A stretch of 64,000 nucleotides of DNA. Source: an uncultured Clostridium sp. (GTDB taxonomy: Bacteria; Bacillota; Clostridia; TANB77; CAG-508). Of the stretch, positions 52,387-63,113 are shown in pieces. The stretch spans positions 981 through 64,980 of the forward strand of contig CAMYVO010000005.1 in the NCBI GenBank assembly GCA_947302485.1. Reading direction: 5' to 3'. The notes beneath the pieces were generated by a model. That model was not told where the DNA came from. It made no database searches and worked only from the letters and a program-made list of their open reading frames with translations. Positions within the stretch are counted from its first letter, which is position 1. Every line of letters begins with the position of its first letter. The position numbers and the translations under genes are program-made.

Positions 52387-54936
52387 CTAATTTTCACCAG
52401 TTTCTGTTCCTCCACCGGTTGTATTGTTTTCTCCTTCAATTGTGTTATTTCCATTACCTCCTGTTGTATTATTTTTCACTTCATTTGTATTATTTCCTTC
52501 ATCACTAGTTGTATTATTTCCTCCTCCAGGTTTGTTATTTTTTTCTCCGCTACTTGTACTATTTTCTTCTTTCTTATCTGGAGGTGTAGTTGGAGTTTCG
52601 ATAATTACAGGTGATGTATGAACATCACAGTGTTCAGTAGATAGCATGTATCCTGCATCTCCAGCACTTAACCATGACGTATCTGTATCACTGTTTGGTC
52701 TAGTTATAAATACTTTTGAAACAACATTTGGACAATATCTGTCGCTTGCAAGTTTGTTTGTTTCTGTACATACATTAGCTCTTACATGGCATGAACAAGT
52801 TTCTTTAGGTACAGTACCTTTAACAAAATATTCTGTATATACTCTATTACCTCTTTGATCTTCACTACATGCATCTGTTGCGATAAGTCCTGAGTCCATA
52901 CAAACACTTGCTGTTATAATATTACTTGGTTGTTTGTATCTTTTTCCTTCCAATCCCTTATGTACTTCAGACATAACAGCTGCCCATATTTTTGTTGCAG
53001 TTCCAGAAGTAACAGATTCATTTTTGTCATATCCGTACCATGTAGCAGCTGTATAATATGGTGTAAATCCACAACACCATACATCATATCTATCATTTGT
53101 AGTACCACTCTTCGAACTTACATCCATACCAGATATAGCAGTTGCAGTTGTTGTTCCACCACTCTTTGTTGGCTCTGTTAAAATTTCTTTTGTAATAAAT
53201 GCATTTTCTTCAGAATATACCCTTCTAGTTTCTTGTTTTGGTTGTAAGATTGTATTCCCTACAGCATCTTCAACTTTTGTATAGAATGTTGGTTCAATAT
53301 ATACACCGTCATTTGCTATAGTTGCATATGCAGCTGCCATTTCTAGTGGACTAATACCATATGTCATTCCGCCTAAAGCTAAAGCTAAATTTGCATCTTT
53401 TTCTTTTACAATACTTGTAACTCCCTGTTTCTCTAAGTACTTTATTGCTGTTGAAGGAGTTAATTGGCTCATTAATTTAACTGCTGGTATATTTTGAGAT
53501 ATTCTTATAAAATATCTTATATTAGAAAGACCTTTATATCCACTATATACATTATGTGGATTATAATCGCCAAAAGATATAGGAACATCATCTACAACAC
53601 TTGATGCTGTGATAATTCCTTCTTCCAATCCTGGAGCAACTATAGCGATTGGTTTAATTGCTGATCCCGGCTGCCTTGCTGACATTGCCCTATTAATTCC
53701 AAATGCAGTTCTATCTCCTAGTCCTCCAACTGTGCCAAGAACATTTCCTGTAGTATGATCTATTATAACCATAGCAGATTGAGTTGTTGCATCACTATAT
53801 TTTGATGATTTATTTATCCACTTACTCTTTGAATATTCTGCTTCTATTTTTTTCTGTATTTCTACATCTTGAGTAGAATAAATTTTAAATCCACCATTAT
53901 ATAAATATTTTTCTGCATACTTACGATCCATTCCTTTTTCTTTTACTAACTGATCTAATATTTGATTAATTGTAGCTTCTGTATGATAAGAATAAAAGTT
54001 TAAAAGAACTTCTCCTTCTTTGAATGCAAGACCATTATCTACTTCCTCAATTGCATTATCATATTCATCTTTTGAGATACTTCCAACTTCAAACATTTTA
54101 CTTAATACTGTTTTTGTTCTTGTATTAATTCTTTCCATATTAGGTGACTCCCCAAACGGATTATATGAATTAGGAGAATGAGTAATTCCAGCAATATATG
54201 CTGATTCAGCAACACTTAAGTCTTTAGCAGTTTTTGTAAAATAGTAATGTGCTGCCATTTCAACTCCACAAACATTTTTACCTCCGCCACCAAGATATAT
54301 AATATTTAAATACATTTCTAGTATTTGGTCTTTAGATAACATGTTTTCTACTTGAACAGCTTTTGTCATCTCTCCTATTTTTCTTTTTATCCCTGCAAGT
54401 CCAGAATTGTCAGTTTCATCAGTAATATTTTTAATTAATTGCTGTGTAATTGTACTTCCTCCAAATGATGAATTTCCTCTATGTAAAGCATAATTTACTG
54501 TAGCTGCCACTGTTCTTTTTATATCAACCCCATGATGTTTATAAAACCTTTCGTCTTCAATTGCAACAAATGCCTTTGGTAAGTAGTCAGACATATCTCC
54601 TCTGCTTACTACTTTTCTATTTTCGTCTGCATTTAAAGTAACAATAGTATTACCGTCTTTATCTAGAATTACTGAATTAGAATTTCCAGTTAATAGCTCT
54701 TCTTTTGTTATAGAAAAATCACTACCAAATAAACCACAGAACATTCCAACAATAATTCCTGTAATAATAATTGCAAAAACAACACATAGTATTCCAATTA
54801 TTTTTAATGTCTTAGCTGCTTTTGGATGATTTACACTAAATTTTGTTTTATTTGCTTTTCCTTTTGTTGTTCTTGTGTTTTTATTTCTATTTTTTTTAGT
54901 ATTACTATTTATATTTTTTGCGTTTTCGTGATTCAT
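52387..54936 (-). CDS. Class A penicillin-binding protein (PBP1A: GT51 transglycosylase plus transpeptidase) with a Gly/Asn/Thr-rich C-terminal tail
   Basis: EDERFYKHHGVD, GGSTITQQL, SxxK (SAIKP), SYN, KTG motifs; N-terminal TM. Confidence 0.92.
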   Translation of the reverse strand: MNHENAKNINSNTKKNRNKNTRTTKGKANKTKFSVNHPKAAKTLKIIGILCVVFAIIITGIIVGMFCGLFGSDFSITKEELLTGNSNSVILDKDGNTIVTLNADENRKVVSRGDMSDYLPKAFVAIEDERFYKHHGVDIKRTVAATVNYALHRGNSSFGGSTITQQLIKNITDETDNSGLAGIKRKIGEMTKAVQVENMLSKDQILEMYLNIIYLGGGGKNVCGVEMAAHYYFTKTAKDLSVAESAYIAGITHSPNSYNPFGESPNMERINTRTKTVLSKMFEVGSISKDEYDNAIEEVDNGLAFKEGEVLLNFYSYHTEATINQILDQLVKEKGMDRKYAEKYLYNGGFKIYSTQDVEIQKKIEAEYSKSKWINKSSKYSDATTQSAMVIIDHTTGNVLGTVGGLGDRTAFGINRAMSARQPGSAIKPIAIVAPGLEEGIITASSVVDDVPISFGDYNPHNVYSGYKGLSNIRYFIRISQNIPAVKLMSQLTPSTAIKYLEKQGVTSIVKEKDANLALALGGMTYGISPLEMAAAYATIANDGVYIEPTFYTKVEDAVGNTILQPKQETRRVYSEENAFITKEILTEPTKSGGTTTATAISGMDVSSKSGTTNDRYDVWCCGFTPYYTAATWYGYDKNESVTSGTATKIWAAVMSEVHKGLEGKRYKQPSNIITASVCMDSGLIATDACSEDQRGNRVYTEYFVKGTVPKETCSCHVRANVCTETNKLASDRYCPNVVSKVFITRPNSDTDTSWLSAGDAGYMLSTEHCDVHTSPVIIETPTTPPDKKEENSTSSGEKNNKPGGGNNTTSDEGNNTNEVKNNTTGGNGNNTIEGENNTTGGGTETGEN

Positions 54937-55021
54937 CTTTAGTCCTCCTTATAATAAAATTTCACAAAACTATTATATTATATAATTTCAAAAAGATAAA
55001 GCTTTTTTAAGAAAAATGTAT

Positions 55022-55891
55022 TTATTTATAGTCCTCGAGTATATCTTCAATACTAGTTACTAATTTAGCTCCTTGTTTTAATAATTCATTCGTACCCACT
55101 GAATTGTTTGAAGTTATATTTCCAGGTATAGCATAAATACTTTTTCCTTGCTCTAATCCAAAATCAACTGTAATTAGTGTTCCACTTTTTAACTTTGCTT
55201 CTATTACTAAAATTCCTTCACTAATACCACTAATAATCCTGTTTCTAGCTGGAAAATTTCTCTTTAGTGGTTTTGTTCCAACAACATATTCTGATAATAT
55301 CAATCCATTTTTTTCTATTATTCTATTTGCTAATTCTCTATTTTCTTTTGGATAAATATTATCTATACCATTTCCAATAACAGCTATAGTTTTTCCATTT
55401 CCTTTCAAACATCCTATATGAGAATGTGCATCTATTCCTCTTGCTAGTCCACTTACAATATTAATGTTATGCATTGATAATCTATTTGAGAACATTTCCG
55501 CAAGTTTAACTCCATAATTACTGCATTCTCTACAGCCTATTATAGCAATTGATGGTTTTTCTATAATTGATATATTGCCCTTGTAAAACAGTACTACAGG
55601 TGGATCATATATTTTTTTTAATTTTTTCGGATAATATTGATCGTTAATTGTAAGAATTTTTATATTATATTTTGTCATATATTTTATATAGATTTCTAGA
55701 TTATTTATATACTCCTTTTTGTTTAGCTCATTTATAATCTTTGTCTTGAGATTTTCTTTATTCAGTTGACCATTTTCCATTAAATTAAATAATACTTTTG
55801 GATTTTTATATTTACAAATTAAATCATATTTATCCTTATATGAAATTCCTTCTATTCTTGATAACCATATCCAATATTTATATTCTTCCAT
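55022..55891 (-). CDS. dprA: DNA processing protein DprA (Smf)
   Basis: Rossmann-like DprA core (IIGCRECSNYG..SGLARGIDAHSH). Confidence 0.85.
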   Translation of the reverse strand: MEEYKYWIWLSRIEGISYKDKYDLICKYKNPKVLFNLMENGQLNKENLKTKIINELNKKEYINNLEIYIKYMTKYNIKILTINDQYYPKKLKKIYDPPVVLFYKGNISIIEKPSIAIIGCRECSNYGVKLAEMFSNRLSMHNINIVSGLARGIDAHSHIGCLKGNGKTIAVIGNGIDNIYPKENRELANRIIEKNGLILSEYVVGTKPLKRNFPARNRIISGISEGILVIEAKLKSGTLITVDFGLEQGKSIYAIPGNITSNNSVGTNELLKQGAKLVTSIEDILEDYK

Positions 55892-55902
55892 TTTTCCTCC
55901 TT

Positions 55903-55945
55903 AGATAAAGAAAAAAGGAGAATATAACTTATTCCCCCTTTTTTT
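55903..55945 (-). terminator. Rho-independent terminator after folD
   Basis: GGGGAATA..TATTCTCC stem followed by TTTTTTC on the minus strand. Confidence 0.6.
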
Positions 55946-55955
55946 CTTTATATCA

Positions 55956-56804
55956 TTAAATTATAATTTTATTCTTTGCAGCTTTTACAACATTATTCAT
56001 TAGCATTGCAATTGTCATAGGTCCTACTCCTCCAGGTACTGGAGTAATATATGAAACTTTATTTTCTACATCTTCAAAAGAAACGTCCCCTACTATTCCT
56101 TCTGAAGTTCTGTTTATTCCAACATCGATAACTACAGCATCATCCTTTATCATATCTCTTGTTACAAAGTTTGGTTTACCTATTGCTGAAATTAAAATAT
56201 CCGCTCTTTTAGTTATTTCTTTCATATCTTTTGTCTTTGAGTGACATATTGTTACTGTTGCATTTCTATTAATCAGGCACTGTGCAAGTGGTTTTCCAAC
56301 TATATTACTTCTTCCAATAATTACAGCATTTTTTCCTTCTATTTGTATGTTATATGCATCTAGCATTTTTATTATTCCATATGGTGTACATGATAAAAAG
56401 CAGTCTTGGTTTAAACTTAACTTACCTACATTAATAGGATGAAACCCATCAACATCTTTTTTGGGTGAGATTTTTTCAATTGCCATATTTATATCCAAAT
56501 GATTTGGTAAAGGACTCTGAAGTAATATTCCATTTACATCATCTTTGTTATTAAGTGCATTAATTAAATCTATCAGGCTTTCAATTTTTGTCATTTCTGG
56601 TAATAAATACTCTTCATATTCTATTCCAACTTCTTCACATGCTTTATTTTTATTATTTACATATATTTTAGACGCTTTATCATCTCCAACCATAATAACA
56701 GCAAGTTTTGGTATTATTCCTTGTTTTCTTAATTTATTTACCTCTTCTTTTAATTCCATTCTAATTGAAGAAGCAAGTTTTTTTCCATCCATTATCACTG
56801 ACAT
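55956..56804 (-). CDS. folD: Bifunctional methylenetetrahydrofolate dehydrogenase/cyclohydrolase
   Basis: FolD signatures (GRSNIVGKP, PVPGGVGPMT). Confidence 0.93.
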   Translation of the reverse strand: MSVIMDGKKLASSIRMELKEEVNKLRKQGIIPKLAVIMVGDDKASKIYVNNKNKACEEVGIEYEEYLLPEMTKIESLIDLINALNNKDDVNGILLQSPLPNHLDINMAIEKISPKKDVDGFHPINVGKLSLNQDCFLSCTPYGIIKMLDAYNIQIEGKNAVIIGRSNIVGKPLAQCLINRNATVTICHSKTKDMKEITKRADILISAIGKPNFVTRDMIKDDAVVIDVGINRTSEGIVGDVSFEDVENKVSYITPVPGGVGPMTIAMLMNNVVKAAKNKIII

Positions 56805-56945
56805 ATTATTATCTCCTTTTTTAATAATTGTATATTATGTGTTACTTTTTTGCAATACACTTTTAAGTTTATTTTAATATTTTGTATATATTTACATTTT
56901 AATTCTTTTTTGTTATTATATTTGATGAAATTATGGAGGAGTAAA

Positions 56946-57485
56946 ATGAAAAAAATATCTTTTAAAGATTTTCAATCTTTAGTAATATATTTTATTATAT
57001 ATTCATTTATAGGTTGGTCAGCCGAAACAGCTTATGCATTTTATAACCTTGGTCATTTTGTAAAAAGAGGATTCCTTTTTGGCCCAGTATGTCCTTTATA
57101 TGGCTATGGTGCAGTAATATTAATTTTATTTTTTAAAAATTATAAAAAACATTCATTAAAATTGTTTGTATATGCAGGTTTTATTTTTACTGTATTTGAA
57201 TACATTACTAGTTATATTTTAGATGTTTTGTTTAAACTTAAATGGTGGGATTATTCTAATGATTTTATAAATATAAATGGGCGAGTAAGTATTTTATATA
57301 GCATTGTTTGGGGCATTGTAGCTATTTTGTTTTTAAATCATTTACATCCATTTATGAGCAAAAAGGTTGATAAATTAATTGAAAAAATCCCAATTAAATG
57401 TAAAACCATCCTAGTAAATATTTTAATTGCTATATTAATTACTGATACTATTCTTTCAAGTCTACATGTCCTAAAAATTATTTAA
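56946..57485 (+). CDS. Small polytopic membrane protein (putative ABC-transporter type IV / CmpB-like, PF06541)
   Basis: FIGWSAE..FGPVCPLYGYG motif region and 4-5 TM helices; start at MKKISFKDF. Confidence 0.4.
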   Translation: MKKISFKDFQSLVIYFIIYSFIGWSAETAYAFYNLGHFVKRGFLFGPVCPLYGYGAVILILFFKNYKKHSLKLFVYAGFIFTVFEYITSYILDVLFKLKWWDYSNDFININGRVSILYSIVWGIVAILFLNHLHPFMSKKVDKLIEKIPIKCKTILVNILIAILITDTILSSLHVLKII

Positions 57486-57486
57486 A

Positions 57487-57520
57487 AAGTGTTGATAAAA
57501 TCTTATCAACACTTTTTTTT
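57487..57520. terminator. Bidirectional terminator (agtgttgataa-aatc-ttatcaacact plus T8) overlapping the 3' end of the O-methyltransferase gene
   Basis: 11-bp perfect stem followed by TTTTTTTT. Confidence 0.8.
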
Positions 57521-58084
57521 GCTAATACTAAGGCCATCCCCTACTTCTAAAATTTGGGTTTCTAGATTTGGATCTTCACATACTTCTTTAATATATTCCC
57601 TTAAATTTCTAACAGCTGTTCTTTGTTTATGCTTATTATAATCACTCATTACATATCCCTTATAAAGAATATTATCTGCAAATATAATGCCATTATCATT
57701 TAACATTCTTAAACTCTGAGATAGGAAAAATGGATATTTACCCTTTGCTGCATCAATAAATACTACATCATATTTTTCATTCATAGTAGGTAATATTTCT
57801 ACAGCATCCCCCTGTATTATATTGATTTTATTTTCTAAATTCATATTTTTAACATTATCTCTTGCTTCTTTTACACGTTCTTCATCGCGCTCGATAGTAT
57901 CAATAATTCCACCATTATCAAGATATTTTGAAAAACAAATTGCAGAATAACCTACAGCCGTTCCAATTTCTAATATTCTCTTTGGTTTCATCTTTACTAA
58001 ATATTTATGCATTACATCTAATGTATCATCCATTATAATTGGAATATGTTCATCAAGTGCTTTTTTCTTAATTCTATATAGCAT
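57506..58084 (-). CDS. Class I SAM-dependent O-methyltransferase (family 3; YrrM/TrmR-like tRNA 5-hydroxyuridine methyltransferase)
   Basis: ILEIGTAVGYS SAM motif and VFIDAAK motif. Confidence 0.7.
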   Translation of the reverse strand: MLYRIKKKALDEHIPIIMDDTLDVMHKYLVKMKPKRILEIGTAVGYSAICFSKYLDNGGIIDTIERDEERVKEARDNVKNMNLENKINIIQGDAVEILPTMNEKYDVVFIDAAKGKYPFFLSQSLRMLNDNGIIFADNILYKGYVMSDYNKHKQRTAVRNLREYIKEVCEDPNLETQILEVGDGLSISKKKC

Positions 58085-58092
58085 TACAATAT

Positions 58093-59919
58093 TTATACCC
58101 CTTTACTATTATTTCTAGCAGCTCTTTCTCTTTCTTTACTATCTAATATTTTCTTTCTAAGCCTGATTGATTTTGGTGTAACTTCTACAAGTTCATCATC
58201 TTGAATGAATTCAATGGCTTTTTCTAAAGACATTTGAATTGGTGGTACAAGTCTTAAAGCATCATCAGATCCTGAAGCTCTAGTATTTGTTAAATGTTTT
58301 TCTTTACATACGTTAATAGCAAGATCTTCTCCTCTCGAATTCAATCCAACAATCATACCTTCATATACTTCAACTCCTGGTCCAATAAACAAATCTCCTT
58401 TATCTTGTGCATTATATAATCCATAAGTTACAGATTTACCTTTTTCAAATGCTACTATTGTTCCTCTAACTCTTGCTTGTATATCTCCTTTATATTCTTG
58501 ATATGAATCAAAAATATGATTCATTGTTCCTTCACCTTTTGTATCTGTTAAAAATTCTGTTCTATATCCGATTAATCCTCTTGCAGGTATTTTAAATTCT
58601 ATCTTTGTATGACCTATTTCTGCTGGCTCCATATTAACCATTTCCGCTTTTCTTCTACCTAATTTTTCTATGACATTTCCAACACAGTCATCAGGCACAT
58701 TTACAACGAGCTGCTCTATTGGCTCACACTTTACACCATTAATCTCTTTAAATATTACTTTTGGTCTAGATACTAAAACTTCAAATCCTTCTCTTCTCAT
58801 TGTTTCTATTAGAACAGACAAATGTAGTTCTCCTCTTCCAGAAACTTCAAAGCTATCTGGTGTATCTGTTTCTTTAACTCTTAAAGAAACATTTCTTTCA
58901 AGTTCTTTAAATAATCTATCTCTAATATGCCTTGATGTTATAAACTGTCCTTCTTTTCCTGCAAATGGTCCGTTGTTTACGCTAAACGTCATTGATACAG
59001 TAGGTTCATCTATATCTACAAAAGGTATTTTTTCAGGATGTTCGAAGTCACAAATTGTATCTCCAATATTTATATCAGGAAGTCCTGCAAGTTCAATTAT
59101 ATCTCCAGCTTTCCCTTCTTCAACTTCTACTTTATTTAATCCAACGTGTGTATATACTTTTGCTATTCTTCCTTGTGATATTTTTTCTTCTCTTCCACAT
59201 ATTGATACAGGCATTCCTAACTTTATTATTCCTCTTTCAACTCTTCCAACTGCTATTCTTCCTACATAATCATCATAATCTATATTTGAAACCAACATCT
59301 GCGCATAACCGTCTTCATCACAATCTGGTGCTTTTATTGTATTTATAATAGTTTCAAACAAACATGATAAATCACTTGTTTCATCATTTAAATCCATTTT
59401 AGCAATGCCATTTTTAGCTGATGCATACACAACTGGGAAATCTAATTGTTCATCAGTTGCATCAAGTTCTATAAATAATTCTATAACTTGATCAACAACT
59501 TTTTCTGGAGTTGCTCCTGGTCTATCTATTTTATTAATTACAACGATTGGTTTTAAATTAAGGGCTAATGATTTTTTTAGTACTTCTCTTGTTTGAGGCA
59601 TTGCACCTTCAAACGCATCTACTAAAAGTAAAACTCCATCTACTGTCTTTAAAACCCTTTCAACTTCTCCACCAAAATCCGCATGTCCAGGTGTATCAAC
59701 AATATTAATTTTTATATCTCCATACATAATAGATGTATTCTTAGATAGAATTGTAATTCCTCTCTCTTTTTCTAAATCATTTGAATCCATTACTCTATCT
59801 TGAACTTGTTCATTTTCTCTAAATACATGGCTTTGTCTTAGTAAAGCATCTACAAGTGTAGTTTTTCCATGATCAACGTGTGCAATTATTGCTATATTTC
59901 TTATGTTTTTATTGTTCAT
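58093..59919 (-). CDS. typA: Translational GTPase TypA/BipA
   Basis: [19 protein letters not shown]-motifs; 608 aa BipA architecture. Confidence 0.95.
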   Translation of the reverse strand: MNNKNIRNIAIIAHVDHGKTTLVDALLRQSHVFRENEQVQDRVMDSNDLEKERGITILSKNTSIMYGDIKINIVDTPGHADFGGEVERVLKTVDGVLLLVDAFEGAMPQTREVLKKSLALNLKPIVVINKIDRPGATPEKVVDQVIELFIELDATDEQLDFPVVYASAKNGIAKMDLNDETSDLSCLFETIINTIKAPDCDEDGYAQMLVSNIDYDDYVGRIAVGRVERGIIKLGMPVSICGREEKISQGRIAKVYTHVGLNKVEVEEGKAGDIIELAGLPDINIGDTICDFEHPEKIPFVDIDEPTVSMTFSVNNGPFAGKEGQFITSRHIRDRLFKELERNVSLRVKETDTPDSFEVSGRGELHLSVLIETMRREGFEVLVSRPKVIFKEINGVKCEPIEQLVVNVPDDCVGNVIEKLGRRKAEMVNMEPAEIGHTKIEFKIPARGLIGYRTEFLTDTKGEGTMNHIFDSYQEYKGDIQARVRGTIVAFEKGKSVTYGLYNAQDKGDLFIGPGVEVYEGMIVGLNSRGEDLAINVCKEKHLTNTRASGSDDALRLVPPIQMSLEKAIEFIQDDELVEVTPKSIRLRKKILDSKERERAARNNSKGV

Positions 59920-60844
59920 TTTTTACTTCTCCTTTTATATATTCTTCATAACCATACTCCATTGATGTTCCTTCAAGATCTTTTATTGATAATCCTATTT
60001 TACAATTTTCTTTATCAATATTTATAATCTTAGCATTTACCATTTGTCCTAATTCTAAAGCTTCTTCCGGTTTTACAATTCTTTTTAAACTAGTAATTTG
60101 AGAATTATGTACCAGACCTTCTAATCCTTTTTCAATTTCTACAAATGCACCAAAGCTTGCAAATTTTATTACCTTACATGTTACTATATCATTAACATTA
60201 TATTTATCTGCTAAAGTAAACCATGGATTTTCGCCTTTTAAAGTATATGATAAACTTATTTTATTTTCATCTTTATTAAATGATTTTATCTTAACCTCTA
60301 TATCTTCTCCAACGGTAAACTTATCATCTAATTTCTCATCCTTATTCCATAATATTTCAGAAATATGAAGTAATCCTCTTTCAGTTTCTAAATCAACAAA
60401 TAATCCGTAATCTACTATTTTAGAAATAGTACCATTATATATGTCTCCAACTTTTATATTGTTCCAAAAATCTTCTTTCTTTTTAGCTGCCTCAATTTTT
60501 TTTTGCTCTTTTTCTTTAATTTGTTTTTCTCTTATTTCTTTTTGTTTTATAGCATCTTGTCTTTTCTTAGCTCTTTTATATGATAATAAAACATTCCCTT
60601 CACCGTCATTCATTTTTAAAACATCAGCTACTATTGTATCTCCAACTTTAAATTCATCTTTAGGATTAGCATTTATATCGTCAGTAAATTCTTTTTTAGG
60701 AATTATTCCATCTGCTTTATATCCAAAGTTTACAAATATTTCTCCTTTAGAAGTAATTTCAATAATTGTACCTGAAATTGTTTTATCAAATTTCTTCTCA
60801 CTTAATGATTCATTATATAACTCTTCAAAACTTTTTTCTTCCAT
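59909..60844 (-). CDS. S1 RNA-binding domain protein (short ribosomal protein S1 homologue, ~3-4 S1 repeats)
   Basis: Repeated S1 OB-fold segments (GTIIEI.., GTISKIVDYGLFVDL.., CKVIKFASFGAFVEI..). Confidence 0.65.
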   Translation of the reverse strand: MEEKSFEELYNESLSEKKFDKTISGTIIEITSKGEIFVNFGYKADGIIPKKEFTDDINANPKDEFKVGDTIVADVLKMNDGEGNVLLSYKRAKKRQDAIKQKEIREKQIKEKEQKKIEAAKKKEDFWNNIKVGDIYNGTISKIVDYGLFVDLETERGLLHISEILWNKDEKLDDKFTVGEDIEVKIKSFNKDENKISLSYTLKGENPWFTLADKYNVNDIVTCKVIKFASFGAFVEIEKGLEGLVHNSQITSLKRIVKPEEALELGQMVNAKIINIDKENCKIGLSIKDLEGTSMEYGYEEYIKGEVKNEQ

Positions 60845-60959
60845 TGTATACCTTCCTTTTACAATATATTAGGACACGGGCTTGCCGTATCCTAAAACGC
60901 TCTTAATATTATACTCCAAAAGAAGATAAATGTCAAACAACTACTCTTAAATCACTGTT

Positions 60960-61568
60960 TTATAGCTCTTGCTTCTTTACATATTTATATTTATAGTCTT
61001 CTCCAAATATCGCTTTGGTTATTTCTTCACTTATTAAATCCAGTGTTTCTTTTTCTGGCTTACTTGATTTATATTTACTAAAATCTAAAGGTTTTCCATA
61101 ATATAATTTTACTTTTCTAAATGGCTTAAAGCTTCCTTCTATTTTTACTGGTATTACTTCTGTTCCAGTTCTTGCTGCAAGATATGCAGGTCCGTTTTGA
61201 ATTTTACCACGTTTTTTTATTCCATTTCTTGTTCCTTCTGGAAAAATTGCAAGTATTTTATTGTCTTTTAAGACTTTTAAAGATTTTTTCATTGATTCTA
61301 TATCTTGCTTCCCTCTTTTTACAGGAAATATATTTGTTTTGTTTGCAAACCAATATATAAATTTATTCTTGAACAGTTCTTCTTTTGCCATCATGTACAT
61401 TTCTCTTTTAGTTGCTGTATAAAGTATTGGTGGATCCCAGTTACTTGTATGATTTGCACACATAATGTAAGGCTTATCTTTTTCTATGTATTCTTGTCCA
61501 ACAGTTGATACTCTGAAAAGAACAAGAGAAAATATTTTTACACAAAATTTAACTATAACTCTTAGCAT
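60960..61568 (-). CDS. plsC: 1-acyl-sn-glycerol-3-phosphate acyltransferase
   Basis: NHTSNWD (HxxxxD) and FPEGTR motifs. Confidence 0.88.
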   Translation of the reverse strand: MLRVIVKFCVKIFSLVLFRVSTVGQEYIEKDKPYIMCANHTSNWDPPILYTATKREMYMMAKEELFKNKFIYWFANKTNIFPVKRGKQDIESMKKSLKVLKDNKILAIFPEGTRNGIKKRGKIQNGPAYLAARTGTEVIPVKIEGSFKPFRKVKLYYGKPLDFSKYKSSKPEKETLDLISEEITKAIFGEDYKYKYVKKQEL

Positions 61569-62245
61569 ACTTTCTCCTTCATTTTTTCTTCTACTATTTT
61601 ACATACTCTCTCTATGTTTTCCTCTAATGTATAATCACTTGTATCTACAACTATTGCATCATCTGCAATTTTTAAAGCACCAATTTCCTTATTCTTATCA
61701 TTTTCATCTCTTTTTTTTATGTTGTCATATACTTCTTCGTATGTACAATCTATTCCTAATTCTTTGTTTTGGCTGAATCTTCTTTGAGCTCTAACATCAA
61801 TACTAGCATCTAAATAAATTTTTACATCAGCATCTGGAAAAACAAAAGTCCCAATATCTCTTCCATCTAAAATACTTTTTTCATTTTGAAGTCCAAGATT
61901 TCTTTGTAATTTTGCCATAGCGAGCCTAACTTGTTTAATACCAGATACTAGAGATACAATTTTATTTACTTCATTTGACCTTATTTTTTCTGTAACATCA
62001 TTTCCATTTAAATATATTTTTAATTCATTATCTACTAATATTTCTTCTATTTTTATTGTATCTAACAATTTTTTTATAGCTTGCTCGTCATTCATATTTA
62101 TATTATTATTTAATATTTCTAGCGCAACACATCTATATATTGCACCTGTATCTATATTTACAAACCCATATTTTTCAGCGATAATTTTTGTAATAGTTCC
62201 TTTTCCTACTCCAGCAGGTCCATCAATTGCTACAATAAAAGACAT
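61562..62245 (-). CDS. cmk: Cytidylate kinase
   Basis: IAIDGPAGVGKGT P-loop; start set at MSFIVAIDGP. Confidence 0.9.
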   Translation of the reverse strand: MSFIVAIDGPAGVGKGTITKIIAEKYGFVNIDTGAIYRCVALEILNNNINMNDEQAIKKLLDTIKIEEILVDNELKIYLNGNDVTEKIRSNEVNKIVSLVSGIKQVRLAMAKLQRNLGLQNEKSILDGRDIGTFVFPDADVKIYLDASIDVRAQRRFSQNKELGIDCTYEEVYDNIKKRDENDKNKEIGALKIADDAIVVDTSDYTLEENIERVCKIVEEKMKEKVC

Positions 62246-62246
62246 T

Positions 62247-63110
62247 TTACTCCTCCGTTTCTTTTTTTTCTGGAACATGTATTCCTTTTGCTACAATGTC
62301 TATCCTTTTAACAGACATAGTTGTTAATTTTTCAATTTCTTTTTGCGCTTTTCCCTTAAATTCTTTAATACTTGTTATAATATTATATCCATATAACACA
62401 ACAACTTCCATATATATTGTTGGTCCCTCTCCTGTATTATTAATTCGAGTTTTTAATACCTTATGTATTGCAGGAGTTTTTGCACACAAATATTCTAATA
62501 TTTGACGAAATACTGTATCAGAAATCGTAAAATTTCCTAAATAGCTAAAAGTTGGTCTAATAATTGACTTTTCTGAAACATATGGTGCTTTTCCTCTACC
62601 TGTTGATTTAAAAATTTGTAATGGATCCAAAATATATCCTGAAAAATCTTTTTTTATTTCAAATGTTGGCACAGGAATTACATGCTTTCCCTCTGTTGTT
62701 CTAACTCTTTTTGCTGTTTTCATTTCCTCAGGTGTTGCAACTTCATCTATATATATTGTTTTTGAAATTTCTGGCAAATCTAGATTATTTACAATTTTTT
62801 CCACCATACCATCTGAAGTTCCTAGTATTAAAATACTTTCAGGTTTATATTTTTTTATTGCTTTTTTTATTTCCTTTTTCTCATCTTCTGTTATAAATAG
62901 TGCATGTTTTACAGTTTCTATTTTTGTAGGAGCTTTTTTGGCAGAATTACCTGCTATAACTTCATTATCCTTTATAAATAATCCGTCATCTATAATATAT
63001 TTTATATTGTTTTGTCCTGCTACATATTGTGCTCTATAGCTTTTTCCTGTTCCAGAAGGTCCTACAAAAGCATATATCTTTATTTTATTTTGTAATATCA
63101 TTTTATTCAC
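62247..63110 (-). CDS. Hypothetical P-loop NTPase with a C-terminal Asp23-like domain
   Basis: Walker A FVGPSGTGKS at the N-terminus; C-terminal ISDTVFRQI..TIYMEVVVLYGYNI..VKRIDIVAKGIHV resembles the Asp23 fold. Confidence 0.4.
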   Translation of the reverse strand: MNKMILQNKIKIYAFVGPSGTGKSYRAQYVAGQNNIKYIIDDGLFIKDNEVIAGNSAKKAPTKIETVKHALFITEDEKKEIKKAIKKYKPESILILGTSDGMVEKIVNNLDLPEISKTIYIDEVATPEEMKTAKRVRTTEGKHVIPVPTFEIKKDFSGYILDPLQIFKSTGRGKAPYVSEKSIIRPTFSYLGNFTISDTVFRQILEYLCAKTPAIHKVLKTRINNTGEGPTIYMEVVVLYGYNIITSIKEFKGKAQKEIEKLTTMSVKRIDIVAKGIHVPEKKETEE

Positions 63111-63113
63111 CTT

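Noticed and set aside
58670-59348. Plus-strand ORFs (199 aa and 97 aa) inside typA
   Set aside because: Antisense shadow ORFs of a highly conserved GTPase gene.
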